A program made the position numbers and the translations under genes. The notes below the pieces were generated by a model, which had not been told where the DNA came from, did no database searches, and was given only the letters and a program-made list of their open reading frames with translations. Source: Octopus vulgaris (lineage: Eukaryota). Taken from it: DNA of 64,000 bases. Shown in pieces: positions 1-11,374 of this stretch (positions are counted from its first letter, which is position 1; each line of letters starts with the position of its first letter). The stretch lies in the NCBI GenBank assembly GCA_951406725.2, contig OX597817.1:104408001-104472000 (forward strand), written 5' to 3'.

Positions 1-640
1 AGTAGAAGAATGTTATTTTCTTGGACGAGTTATCCTTTACCTTATTTCTGACCACCAGTCAAATATATGTGTGGAGACAGCCATGACCCAGACTGCCTTC
101 TTCCAACTGTTAAACATGGAGGAGGAACTGTGATGATCTGGGTGGCTATATCTTGGAAATCTGCCAGCCCAATGGTTTCTGTTCATGGCAGAATTAATAG
201 TCAAGACTATTTAAGCATTTTATCTAATCAAATTCATCCTATGGTTGCAGAACTTTTTCCAGAAGGAAACACAATCTGTCAGGATGATAATGCACCAATT
301 CACACAGCTAAAGTTGTTACTGAATGGTATGAGGAACATTCTAGTGAAGTTGAACATCTTATCTGGCCACCACAGTCCCCAGATCTCAATATTATTGAAC
401 ATTTATGGTACATTTTAGAAAAACGAGTAAGGAGTCGATATCCTCCACCATCATCACTACAAGAACTGGAGACTGTTTCAGCCGAAGAATGGAAAATTCC
501 TTTGGAAACTATTCAGACTTTGTACAAGTCAATACCTCATAGAATTCAAGCTGTAATTACTGCCAAAGGCAGTCCTACACCATATTAAAGTAAATTTGTT
601 TGAAATGTTAAGGTGTTTCCATTATTTTGTCCAACCCCTG
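1..640 (+). mobile_element. Tc1-like DNA transposon, 3' part (decayed transposase plus right TIR)
   Basis: Translation gives VIFLDE, TVKHGGGTVMIW, QDDNAPIH and WPPQSPDLNIIEHLW (Tc1 DDE motifs) with a frameshift near the start. The element ends in a TIR reading CAGGGGTTGGACAAAATAATGGAAACACC on the minus strand, followed by TA. Confidence 0.9.
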
Positions 641-689
641 TATATATCTGTTTATACGTATGTATGTGCATGTGTAAATGTATGTATGC

Positions 690-862
690 TTTAGTCTGCT
701 CGGCTTGACATTGTGCTCAACTGATTCTTAATTTATCAACCCCCAAAAGGCTGAAGGGCAAAGTTGGCCTCAACAGAATTTTAACTCAGAATGTAAGTAC
801 AGATGAAATACCACTAAGCTTTTTGCCCAGCATGCTAACAACTCTGCTAACTCGCTGCCTGG
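690..862 (-). mobile_element. Decayed tRNA-derived SINE with Nin/Deu-like central domain
   Basis: Minus strand reads GGCAGCGAGTTAGCAGAGTTGTTAGCATGC...TTCTGAGTTAAAATTCTGTTGAGGCCAACTTTGCCCTTCAGCCTTTTGGGGGTTGATAAATTAAG, same family as 22810-23370 and 25030-25238. Confidence 0.7.
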
Positions 863-1119
863 AAATAGTTAACTGCTTCTGTTAGCTAGGTTATCTAATA
901 AACAGTGAAGGTAAGTGTTGCAAGGTATAGTAACCAAAGTAATGGAAAAAGATCAGGAAATATTTCTGATAATGATAAAAGGATTTTTTTCTCCAAGTGA
1001 ATGGCTGATTACATAAAGCTTGTAATAAGTGTGATATTGAATGGTAATAAAACTTGAGAATTAAAAGTGGAGGATGAGCAAAGGCTGGAAAGAAACAAGA
1101 TGAGCATGCTCTGTTTGAC

Positions 1120-1425
1120 ATGTAATGTTGGTGTACATGATTAAAATGAGTTGAGAGAAAAACTGGGAGTAAATGGAATCAACTGTTGTGTGCAAGAAAG
1201 AAGAATGTGCCAATATTGGCAAGTGATGTGTATGAAGGTTAACGGTTAGTTAAAGAAGTGTCAGGTGATCCAAGGAAAGAAACCTGCAGAAGAAAAATGC
1301 GAAGGAAGATATGAAATCTGATCTCAAAATGCTAAGAAATGATGATGAACCACAGCAGATGGCAATATGCTATGATGACGAAGACTTCTGTCCAAACTAA
1401 AGCAAACATGAAAAAATAGAAATAA
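1120..1425 (+). mobile_element. Highly decayed RTE LINE 3' coding fragment
   Basis: Residual similarity to the C-terminal part of the RTE ORF seen elsewhere in this window (LREKLGV..I.CCVQERR). Confidence 0.55.
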
Positions 1426-1460
1426 AATGACAATGAAATAGAAATCATGTAGAAACCTAC

Positions 1461-1600
1461 CACCAAGAGTTTTCTTTCTATCACTCTCTGATTAGTAGTT
1501 AGGGTTCGATTTTCTTCATTCATGGCAGTGTACTTCTTAGAAAGTGCTGATAATTTTCCTTCAGCTGTTGGTATATTGCTTAAGGACTTCAAGACATGAT
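1461..1600 (-). CDS. Taxilin-family gene, exon at start of the coiled-coil domain
   Basis: Acceptor ttcttttaag at 1601, donor GTG|gtaggt at 1460. Encodes (D)HVLKSLSNIPTAEGKLSALSKKYTAMNEENRTLTTNQRVIERKLLV, matching the taxilin motif L..L.T.EEKLAAL.KKY..L.EE.R. Phase 1 matches the upstream large exon. Gene continues left of the window. Confidence 0.85.
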
Positions 1601-1885
1601 CTTAAAAGAAAATTTTTTGCAATAAAATATATAAACACAAATATAGCATAAGAGAAGAACATGATTCTTGACTATTCAAGTCTAGTTGAATACATTAAGA
1701 AATGTTAATTGGATCAGTTAAGTTGGCGGGTGTACTGAATTACAAGAGATACCATACAAATTAGTTAATAAAAAAAGTTCTACTAAATATTCAACAAGTA
1801 GTAACAATATTGGCAACAGAACGAAAAATGAAGATCTAGCCATGAAAATTATAAAAAAATATATGTATGCACATATCTATCTATC

Positions 1886-3170
1886 TGGCCCTGCTCGATC
1901 TGTAGAAAAGGTGTAGGTAGAAACTCTATAAGATGTACCCAGTGTAAGCTATGGACACATAAGAGGTGCAGCAATGTCAAAGGTAGGCTAACTGGGAAGA
2001 TAGTTTTTGTATGTGGCAGATGCTCGGGAGCATTAACCTCCGAAAATTTGCAGAAAACAACTTCCGTCACTTTCCAGGGGGAAAAACTAGAAGTAGTTGA
2101 TAGCTTCCGTTATCTAGGTGACCAAGTCAGTAGTGGGGGTGGGTGCGCTGAAAGTGTAACTGCTAGAATAAGAATAGCCTGGGCAAAGTTTAGGGAGCTC
2201 TTACCTCTGCTGGTGACTAAAGGCCTCTCGCTCAGAGTAAAAGGCAGACTGTATGATGCATGTGTACGAACAGCCATGCTACATGGCAGTGAAACATGGG
2301 CCGTGACTGCTGAGGACATGCGTAAGCTCATGAGGAATGAAGCCAGTATGCTCCGATGGATGTGTAACGTCAGTGTACATACTCGACAGAGCGTTAGTAC
2401 CTTGAGAGAAATGTACCTAAGAAGCATCAGTTGTGGTGTGCAAGAGAGACGATTGCGCTGGTATGGTCATGTGGCGAGAATGGATGAAGATAGGTGTGTG
2501 AGAAAGTGCCAATCCCTAGCAGTTGAGGGAACCCGTGGAAGAGGTAGACCCAGGAAAACCTGGGACGAGGTGGTGAAGCACGACCTTCGAACTTTAGGCC
2601 TCACTGAGGAAATGACCAGCGACCGAGACCTTTGGAAATATGCTGTGCGTGAGAAGACCAGGCAGGACAAGTGAGCCCAGCCCACTTATGCATGCCTTTC
2701 CTCCCTTGGACACAAAGACCTGTAGAGGCAAGCGAAGTCGATATAGAACCTCATCCGATGACAGGCACCCATGCCAACCCCCTTTTCTTGCAAAGACATG
2801 TTGGGGAAATCGAGATTGAAATCGAATTGAACCAGCCAGGATCCCTGGTCTGGTGGTACGTAAAAAGCACTATCCGACTCATGGCCGATGCCAGCGCCGC
2901 CTCGACTGGCTTCCGTGCCGGTGGCACGTAAAATACACCAATCCGACCGTGGCCGTTGCCAGCCTCGCCTGGCACCTGTGCAGGTGGCACGTAAAAAGCA
3001 CCCACTACACTCACGGAGTGGTTGGCGTTAGGAATGGCATCCAGCTGTAGAAACATTGCCAGATAAGACTGGAGCCTGGTGCAGCCTTCTGGCTTCCCAG
3101 ATCCCCGGTCGAACCGTCCAACCCATGCTAGCATGGAGAACGGCCGTTAAACGATGATGATGATGATGAT
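1886..3170 (+). mobile_element. 5'-truncated RTE LINE (PHD finger, RT C-terminus, 3' UTR, (GAT)n tail)
   Basis: ORF 2048-2674 is nearly identical to the C-terminus of the 1009-aa ORF at 49414-52443. Begins at WPCSICRKG and ends in gatgatgatgat next to a TA/CA microsatellite. Confidence 0.95.
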
Positions 3171-3289
3171 ATACATACATACACACACACACATTTGGTC
3201 ACTATAAGCAAATCATCTGTGTGATTGTGCAGCAAGAAGTTGCAAAACCCTTATACATTGTCTAGCAACAGGAGAGTCCATCATATATA

Positions 3290-3500
3290 TATAATTAAGG
3301 GCATAGAAAAAAAAAATCAAGCCTATATGCTGAAAAGAGACGCTAAATTGTCCAACCACTTTAAATCATCACAAAATGACAAGTGTTGAAATCGATTTCA
3401 ATACGTGTCAAATTTTCTAATGATTTAAAGTGGTTGGAAAATTTAGTGTCCCGTTTCAGCATATAGGCTAGATTTCTTCTATGCCCTTATTTATAATTTA
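3290..3500. repeat. About 210-bp imperfect palindrome
   Basis: Arms AAGGGCATAGAA..AGCCTATATGCTGAAA..TCCAACCACTTTAAATCAT and ATGATTTAAAGTGGTTGGA..TTTCAGCATATAGGCT..TTCTATGCCCTT around the centre TTGAAATCGATTTCAA. Confidence 0.85.
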
Positions 3501-3569
3501 TATATGATTTCACCTTAATAGATCTATTTTTATATGCTGGCCACTTACAAAATTTTTTAAGATTTTCTC

Positions 3570-3632
<63 letters not shown>

Positions 3633-3899
3633 AAAGTAAGATAAGGGTTATGGGTGTAACCCACTATGGGATATCCTTTATCCAATATACTGTTGGTAAA
3701 GTACCCAAATTCTTAATACATAAATGTTTTTTGTATTAAACGGGTGAAGGTAAAGAAATATTTTTACCATAAATTTATAATACAAATAAGAAAATGGAGA
3801 AACAAATTTGGTTTGTTCATCAAATTACGGATATTATAATGTTGGATTATTTATTCATTTTACAAATGAGAACATCAAAAGCATACAAAAATTTTCATT

Positions 3900-3947
<48 letters not shown>

Positions 3948-3950
<3 letters not shown>

Positions 3951-4258
3951 AGGCACAATGGCCCAGTGGTTAGGGCAGTGGACTCGTGGTTGTAGAATCG
4001 TGGTTTCGATTCCCAGACTGGGCGTTGTGAGTGTTTGTTGAGCAAAAACACCTAAAGTTCCACGAGGTTTCGGCAGGGGTGGTGGCAATCTCTTCTGTAC
4101 TCTTTCGCCATAACTTTCTCTCACTCTTTCTTCTGTTGGCCTGCTCGCTTAGTCAGCGGGGTGGCGTCATTTGAAGGCTAAAACAATGCGAAGTGCATTG
4201 TGACCAGCGATATGTAACAACATTTGATAGCCTGGTCAGTCACGGTGATCACAATGAT
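3948..4258 (+). mobile_element. tRNA-derived SINE, family 3
   Basis: A box TGGCCCAGTGG, B box GTTTCGATTCC, then a unique body. Flanked by (TG)n and (TA)n. A second copy lies inverted at 41948-42258. Confidence 0.85.
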
Positions 4259-4612
4259 ATATATATATATATATTGTTGGACCAGTGAACTCTACACATT
4301 TTTTCTCTCTCCATTTTTACTTCTTAATCCTTTCTGTCAAAGAGCATAGGCTCAAAAAGTAAAAGACTTCTCCATTTTTCCCCAGCATCAACGGATCATT
4401 TTCTACAACCACTCGGTTAAAATCTATACAATAACAAAAACTGGCGAATCTGGCAAATTTTGTAGTAATTCACTCCTGCACTGCTTTATGTATATTTGCC
4501 TCTCTCTAGTATTTTATATTTGTCCTAACTTCTTATAATTAAACATTTAGTAACATGTCCAAATGGCTTCACAAATAGTTATTCCTTAATTTACCATTGC
4601 ATTCATCTAAGT

Positions 4613-4852
4613 CAGTGGTTCTCAATATGACCCTTGAAGACCCACATACGATTTTGTTGTTAAAAGTTATGTGCAATAAATTGATTAGTATTCAACAATA
4701 CACAAATAATTTAATTTTTTATGCAATTTCTAATAATATTTAATTATAAAAATATAATAGGATCTTTTAAAACGTCAAATGGCTATGAGGGTACATCCAA
4801 ATACAATAGAAATCAAGGGGGTTCATAGGTAAAAAATGGTTAAGAAACACTG
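4613..4852. mobile_element. hAT (Charlie-like) MITE
   Basis: Termini CAGTGGTTCTCAA and TTAAGAAACACTG, with 8-bp flanks atctaagt / aactaagt (7 of 8 identical TSD). Confidence 0.8.
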
Positions 4853-5802
4853 AACTAAGTTACACGGGTGACCTGAGGCATTATCCACAAGAAGCAAGGC
4901 TACATTTTTAAGGTCTTTACTTTGACAATATCCTTTGACAAGTGGACAAAATCAATATAAGAATGCTGTTTGGCAGTCTCATATTTCTCTGATCACCATC
5001 AAACATCATGTTTATTTAAAGTATCCTTTCATAGCTACAGCTACCTCAGAATAACAAGCAACCAGTGGCTTCAGTTTTAGATCTTCTAAAGTATGGCTTC
5101 AGTTTTAGATCTTCTAAAGTATTACTACCAAACAGAAGAATCATACAATCTTTGGCAGCCTTGAAACCTGATACAGATTTTTCTGCTTTAGAAATGTAAA
5201 TTCATTTTGGCAATCATTTCCAAAACAAGCATGACTCACCTACATTGAAAATTTACTATTGGGTGTATCCTCCTTCACAATAATATTTTTCAGTAAAGCT
5301 AGAGAAGCAACTGCAGCTTTTCCATACAGATAACAGGAGAATCTTGCAGACTCTCCTGTTATCATATATGATACAATTTCAAGTGATTCACAAAATGCTC
5401 AAACCAACTATGCCTTGCCATAAAGTTTTCACTTGCACAACTTGAACTTTATGTTGTCTTTAGGTCATCAAAGCTTTGTATGGCATGTAGGAAACATGGA
5501 GAATTATGCTGATGCATGTCTCCTATCAATATGTTTAAAATCTTATCCAGATTTTCAATTATGTGGCTTCTATTCCTAGTTAATTTTGTAGCAGCTTATG
5601 GTGTAACACTTTGAGCACATGAATTATTACAAATTGTTCATACAGTTGTTGGTTGAAAACCAAGAACTCTTCCAATATCTACAACTTATTGTCCAACAGT
5701 GAATCTCCATAACTCTCCTGCTACTGCTATAGTTTCTAGTGTTAACTTTTTTCTGTTTTTATGTCTACAGACAACAGTGATGCACAAATTTAGCTGCCAT
5801 TA

Positions 5803-6195
5803 CATCATCATCATTTAATGTCTGTTTTCTACACTGGCATGTGCTGGATAGTTTGACAGGAATTGGCCAATTGGGGAGCTATCCAAACTCCAAATGTCTG
5901 TTTTGGCATGGTTTCTACACCACTTTACAGAATGTGCTGGGTACAGTTTACATGCCACCAGCACAAATGCATTTACACAGCACGAGTGCACTTTATATGG
6001 CACCAGCACCTGGAAAGGACACCTATATGTGTAGATGACTGTGATTTTACTTAGCTTGATGCATCTTCTCAAGTACAACAAATTGCCACAATTCCCATTC
6101 CCTGCGCAGCGTGGCCTAGCATCTGAAGATCCTTTCTCACCACTTTGTCCCACATCTTCCTGAATCTACCCTTTTCACAAGTTCCCTCCACAAAG
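5803..6195 (-). mobile_element. Old RTE LINE 3' end fragment
   Basis: (CAT)n tail, decayed 3' UTR motifs and a RGRFRKMWDKVVRKDL-like coding remnant. Confidence 0.6.
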
Positions 6196-6519
6196 CAATA
6201 CTAAATTAAGGAATAAATATTTGTAAAGCCATTTGGACATGTTATTAAATGTTCAATTAAAGAAGTTAGGACAAATGTACAAAAAGCAGTGCAGTGGCAA
6301 ATTACTACAAAATTTGCTAGCTTCAAAACTTGCCAGTTTTTGTTATTGTATGGATTTCAACCAAGTGATTGAAGAAAGTGATCCTTACGATTTTTGCTTC
6401 ACAAATATTTATTCTTTGATACATCCCTGTTGCAATGACAGATAAATAAGAAACTGTGCAACACTGCTGTGGAGATACTGGAGTGAAAACAGATTGGTGT
6501 ATAATGTGAACAAGAGATG

Positions 6520-8490
6520 GGAGACATCGGCCAAACTCCTCAAAGGCAAGAATAAACAATATGGATTGGTTTAGGCTAGTAACAGCAATGGAGTCAATGG
6601 AGTAGGTATAATATTAGTAATGGGATGAGAGCAATCTCATTATTGCAGTTAGTGACCTCAAAAGACATGTTGGATAACACCAGGATAGCTTCCAACATGT
6701 ACATGGATGCTATGAGTATGGTATAAAAAATGAGAAGGGATCAAAGCTCCTGGAGTTCTGTGATGCAAATAACCTAAACAATTGCAACACTAACTTCAAG
6801 AAACCAGCCAGCTATGTGATTATCTAACAATCTGGCAAACGCAAAAGATAGACAGCCTTCATTCTCATCAGAAAATGAGATAGACAAATAGTTGTAAATG
6901 CCGAGCAGACTGGAAGAAAGAAGATAGCAAGGGAAAATATATTTATAGCTAGAAGAAAAGCTAAACATCAGATATACTTAAGGGAAGAGGTAGAAAGAAA
7001 AGTTTGTATTGGTTCTGTGGCATGAAGATCAAAAGTACAGATTGTTCAGAATAACAACACAAGGCACACTTACTGTCACTGACATTGAAAAGAAAGAGGC
7101 ATGGAAGTACTACTGCGAAAAGCTGTTGAATGTGGAGAATGAATGAGAGAGAAGGAGACTACCCCAAGTAGACTCCACTGAGTGGCTAGCCATTCAAGTT
7201 GACAGCTGCATGGTAGATAGAGCAAAAACAGATATGAAGGTAGGGAAAGCAACTGACTCATCAGAAATAGTTACTGAGATGCTTAAAATATCTGGCAAAA
7301 TAAGACATGGTTTAGTCATTCAAATAATCAATCAAGTAATGCAAGAAGGCATCATATACAATAACTTGTAACATTATTGTAAACTGCAACAAAAGCAAAG
7401 GGGATGCACTTGAGAGAGGAAACTGCAGCAGTATCAAACTGTCAGGCCAGGTCATGAAAGTTATAGAAAGTAATTGCAAAGATGATTCAGAGCAGGATTA
7501 CCCTAGATGAGATGTAGTTTAGCTTTGTCTATAATAGGGAGAGATACTAATCATGCAAACTTACTAGTGAGATGACTACAAAAGAAATACTTGGCTAGAA
7601 GTCTGCCTCTAAACTTAGAATTTGTAAACCTGGAGAAAGCCTTCAGCAGAATCCCTCACTATTATTTAGGGGGTCTAAGGATGTTAAGGGAAGAAGCATG
7701 TCTAATAGGGGCACCACAAACTATGTAGAAAGGAGTAGTCAGTAAGATGAGAGTTAACAATGAATACAGCGATGAATTTAGCAAGTAGGAGCTCATTAGG
7801 ACTCAGTCCTAGTTTTTATTATAGTCCTCCAAGTCATAACAGAGGAATTTAAGTCTGTGGGAACTTCTGTGACCAGGAGCTTAAAGTAAACTTAGCCGTA
7901 ACTGAAATTATACTTAGTAGAAAAGAAGCCAAGATGCAGATGCTGTCAGGGAAATGCTTGGGATACAGAAAAAGAGTAGATAGAAACTCCATACAGTGTA
8001 CCCAGCATAAAAAATAGATACATAAGAGGTATAGTGGGGCCACAGGTAGGTTACCAGCAAAGGCAGATTTTGTATGTGTCAGGTACACAAGTATGTTAAG
8101 GAGGAATCAGACCTCAATGCCCGATAGTGAGACCTAGGCCCTGAATGTTGAGAATTTGCAAACAATAGAAAGAAATACTTTGCAAGATGTGTATCATCAG
8201 CATGCAGGAGCAATGCAATGCAAATGAACTGAGAGAATAGTAGTGTTTAAGAGGAATCAGATGAAATTTGCAAGAGAGATGGTTGCATTGGTTATGGGCA
8301 TATGATGCATATGGCTGACAACAGCCGCATAAAACAATACTGAGGGCACAAAGTGGATGGTGCCCATGGAAAAGGAAGACCTAGAAAAACAGATGAAGTA
8401 CAGAAAACTGATCCCAAAATGCTGAACCTCACAAAAGAGATGACAGGTGACTGCAATAACTAGTGAAAACCTGCTCTCTTGAGCAAGCAT
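6520..8490 (+). mobile_element. Heavily decayed near-full-length RTE LINE
   Basis: Collinear remnants of endonuclease (KLLEFCDANNL..CNTNFKKP), RT (LEKAFSRIP) and PHD (NSIQCTQ..HKR) segments with many indels and stops. Confidence 0.8.
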
Positions 8491-8539
8491 GGCAGGAAGA
8501 AAGCAAACAAGGAGAGTGTTCACATGGGATGCACTTGCT

Positions 8540-9280
8540 GCATTCACACACAGCTCTTTCCCTGCCCTTTCTCTTCAGCCTCCTAATCATAGATACTTTC
8601 ACTGCTTCTGTCCTTTGCTCCTACTCCAACCTCTTCTTAGTCACTACATTCACTCTGCTCCCTTCCACCCACAGTTAGGCTGCCCCCTCTCTACATCCAA
8701 CCTTTCTTTCTCCCATTACATTCACCTACCTCTCCTCCCTATCTCATTTTTTCACCATCCTCTTCTCCACAGCCACTGCCCACTTTCAACTACCCGTATT
8801 CATACTGAGATTTTCCCCCAACAATCTCCACCATACTTTCCAGCCTCTCTTTCTCCTTCACTACTCCCACATCTTCTCAGCCTCCTCAATACCCATTCGT
8901 CTCGCTCTCTCTCTCTCATCTACATTGACTCTCCCCAGATCCTTGCCACCCACCATCTATTTCTCTCTTTAATGTTTTCTTTCTCTCACACCTTCCATCC
9001 AAACTTGGATAGAAGCCTTGGAATCCCCAGCACAACCCACCTTACCACCCTGACCATTCTTCTCTCACTAAACCCTGACTAATCCTTTCCCTACCTCCTG
9101 TCCATTCCATACTCACTCCCCCAATAGTGCCTACTGTTACTCTCTCCATTATTACCCTCTCACAACTACCAACCTATTCCTCTCATCATACTTTACCTTC
9201 TCTCATCACCCCACCCAACAATCATCACACTCTCTCTTCTATTCTCCTTCAGGCTCCCTTTAGGCCCTTACTCTTGCAAA
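8540..9280 (+). repeat. C/T-rich low-complexity tract
   Basis: About 740 bp strongly depleted of G on the plus strand, directly after the decayed RTE. ORF 8489-9082 is a compositional artefact. Confidence 0.7.
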
Positions 9281-9330
9281 TTGCATGATGACATCATTTG
9301 TGTTTGTGCCATGAAAAAGCACTAAATTTA

Positions 9331-9743
9331 CTCTCTTTTACTCTTTTACTTGTTTCAGTCATTTGACTGTGGCCATGCTGGAGCAACGCCTTTAGTCGAG
9401 CAAATCAACCCCAGGACTTATTCTTTGTAAGCCTAGTACTCATTCTATCGGTCTCTTTTGCCGAACCGCTAAGTTACGGGGACATAAACACACCAGCATC
9501 AGTTGTCAAGCGATGTTGGGGGGGACAAATAGACACACAAACATATACACACATACATACATATATATATACATATATACAACGGGCTTCTTTCAGTTTC
9601 CATCTACCAAATCCACTCATAAGGTTTTGGTCAGCCCAAGGCTATAGTAGAAGCCACTTGCCCAAGGTGCCACGCAGTGGGACTGAACCCGGAACAATGT
9701 GGTTCGTCAGCAAGCTACTTACCACACAGCCACTCCTACGCCT
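9331..9743 (-). mobile_element. Abundant tRNA-derived SINE, family 1 (octopus-type), full length
   Basis: Head GGCGTAGGAGTGGCTGTGTGGTAAG..GGGTTCAGTCCC, core GGCACCTTGGGCAAG..GGATTTGGTAGA, internal TA/TG microsatellite and tail CAAATGACTGAAACAAGTAAAAGAG. Confidence 0.9.
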
Positions 9744-10364
9744 AAGTAAAGTAGTTGGGAAAAGGAAAGGAATCCAGCCATTGAAACCATGCCAAAGCAT
9801 TGGAGCACAATGCAGTCTTTGAAATCATCAAATTCTCTCAAACTGTGGAAAACAGACATTAAATGATGATATATCTGCTGAAACTATACATATACACATA
9901 TCCATATATATTATCATTGCTTTAATGTCTACTTTTCCATGGTTCCATGGACAGACAAGGGTGTGTGTGTGTGTATGCACATACATGCACACGCTCACAA
10001 ATGCAGCAACATGCTTGCAGTGATTTTAATCCTAACCCATGAATCAGTTGTTCAATACTCATTTTGTAAGTACAATTTACCTCTATGATATAAATATGTT
10101 ATTCAAGCTAACAAAGGTGCTTCTACATGAGCTTTTGATCTGTCAGATATCCTTCAAATCATGCTGTAACATTTCAAAAAGTGAGAAAACATTTTGAAAC
10201 TGTAATCCTAGAGAGACAAGGATAATCACAATCACGATTAGACCATTGAATATAGGTCTACTGGGTCATGGCTGAACTGAGGTTAAATAACTAAAGTGAT
10301 GTAAAAATACACTTGATGCAGTATGGCTGAATTTTTAAGAAGCTTGCATTATTTGACTGTTTCA

Positions 10365-10686
10365 GATTCATATGTTGAATGAACTTTAATATATTAGAAT
10401 TATCACATAAGTTATCAAGGTTTAAAAATGCTGGAGGTTTAAAAATGCTATATCTTGCTTATTTTCACTGCATTTTATTTGATTTGATTGTCGGACAATT
10501 TAGAAGACATGTCTGTTTCTAAATTTATCTCTTGATTCAATGGTAACAGCTGGAAACAGTCATGTTCAGAAAATGAGTGCAAAGTAGCATCAGTCACAGA
10601 CAGATCTTCATTTAATAATGGCAAGACAGTTTTCTCACTCAATTCAGAAGAAAATTCAATACTCAAATTTCAATATTACACTTTCT
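10365..10686 (-). pseudogene. Degenerate intronic duplicate of part of the large taxilin exon
   Basis: Collinear with about 11970-12306 (for example SIEFSSELSEKTVLPLLNEDLSVTDAT vs SVEFSSELSGKTVLPLLNEDLSVTDAT) but with indels and stops. Confidence 0.9.
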
Positions 10687-10954
10687 GTATATCACTTTGG
10701 CTAAGTGTCATACAAGTTTTAAGAGTGAAACTGGGTGAACTGAACTTATGTCAAAACCCATAAAAAGAAGTGAACCTCTAACTCAAAAGGTCCAACCTTG
10801 TCACACTGTTTCCTGCTGATTCTGCCCAAGAATTTATGGCAAAGATACACATGGCTGTGGAATACTCATCCACTTATAGGCTGCTTCAATGCACTTGGTA
10901 GTCCAACTGATCAAACAACTGAATATGCTGACCAAGATCCATTTTATTATTTGA

Positions 10955-11340
10955 TATTGGCTCATGGTTAAAAAACCTGCTTCAAAACTACGTGGTTTGG
11001 ATTCAGTCCCACAGCACAGGACCTTGAGCAAGTTTCTTCTACAAAAGTCCTGGACTAACCAATGCCATGTGAATGAATTTGGTGGAAGGGAACTGTGTAG
11101 AAACTACTGAGTGTGTGTGCATGTACAAGTGTGTGTGTGAGTGTCTTCACACCTTGTCTTTACGTGGCAGCACTCACAAAGATATTTGTTGGTTTACACC
11201 CAAGTAACTTTGTGGTCCAGCAAAATAAAAATAGACAAAGTTGGCAGCAAACTTTAAGTGAAAATAAGTGCTGAGGTCAATTTAATTGATTAAATTTTTC
11301 AAGGCAATGCTCTGAAATTCAATAACTGAAACCAATAAAG
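10955..11340 (+). mobile_element. Decayed SINE family 1
   Basis: GGATTCAGTCCCACAGCACAGGACCTTGAGCAAG..GAATTTGGTGGAAGGGAACTG plus tail similarity. Confidence 0.65.
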
Positions 11341-11374
11341 GTGTATGCCATAATACATACATAAATATACATAC

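Noticed and set aside
2850-3005. Repeat-spacer pattern in RTE tails as a CRISPR array
   Set aside because: The linkers are homologous to one another (TGGCCGTTGCCAGC..CTGGC), so this is a degenerate tandem module of the LINE 3' UTR.
8489-9082. 197-aa His/Pro/Leu/Ser-rich ORF
   Set aside because: Artefact of a G-poor C/T-rich tract, with no splice or homology support.
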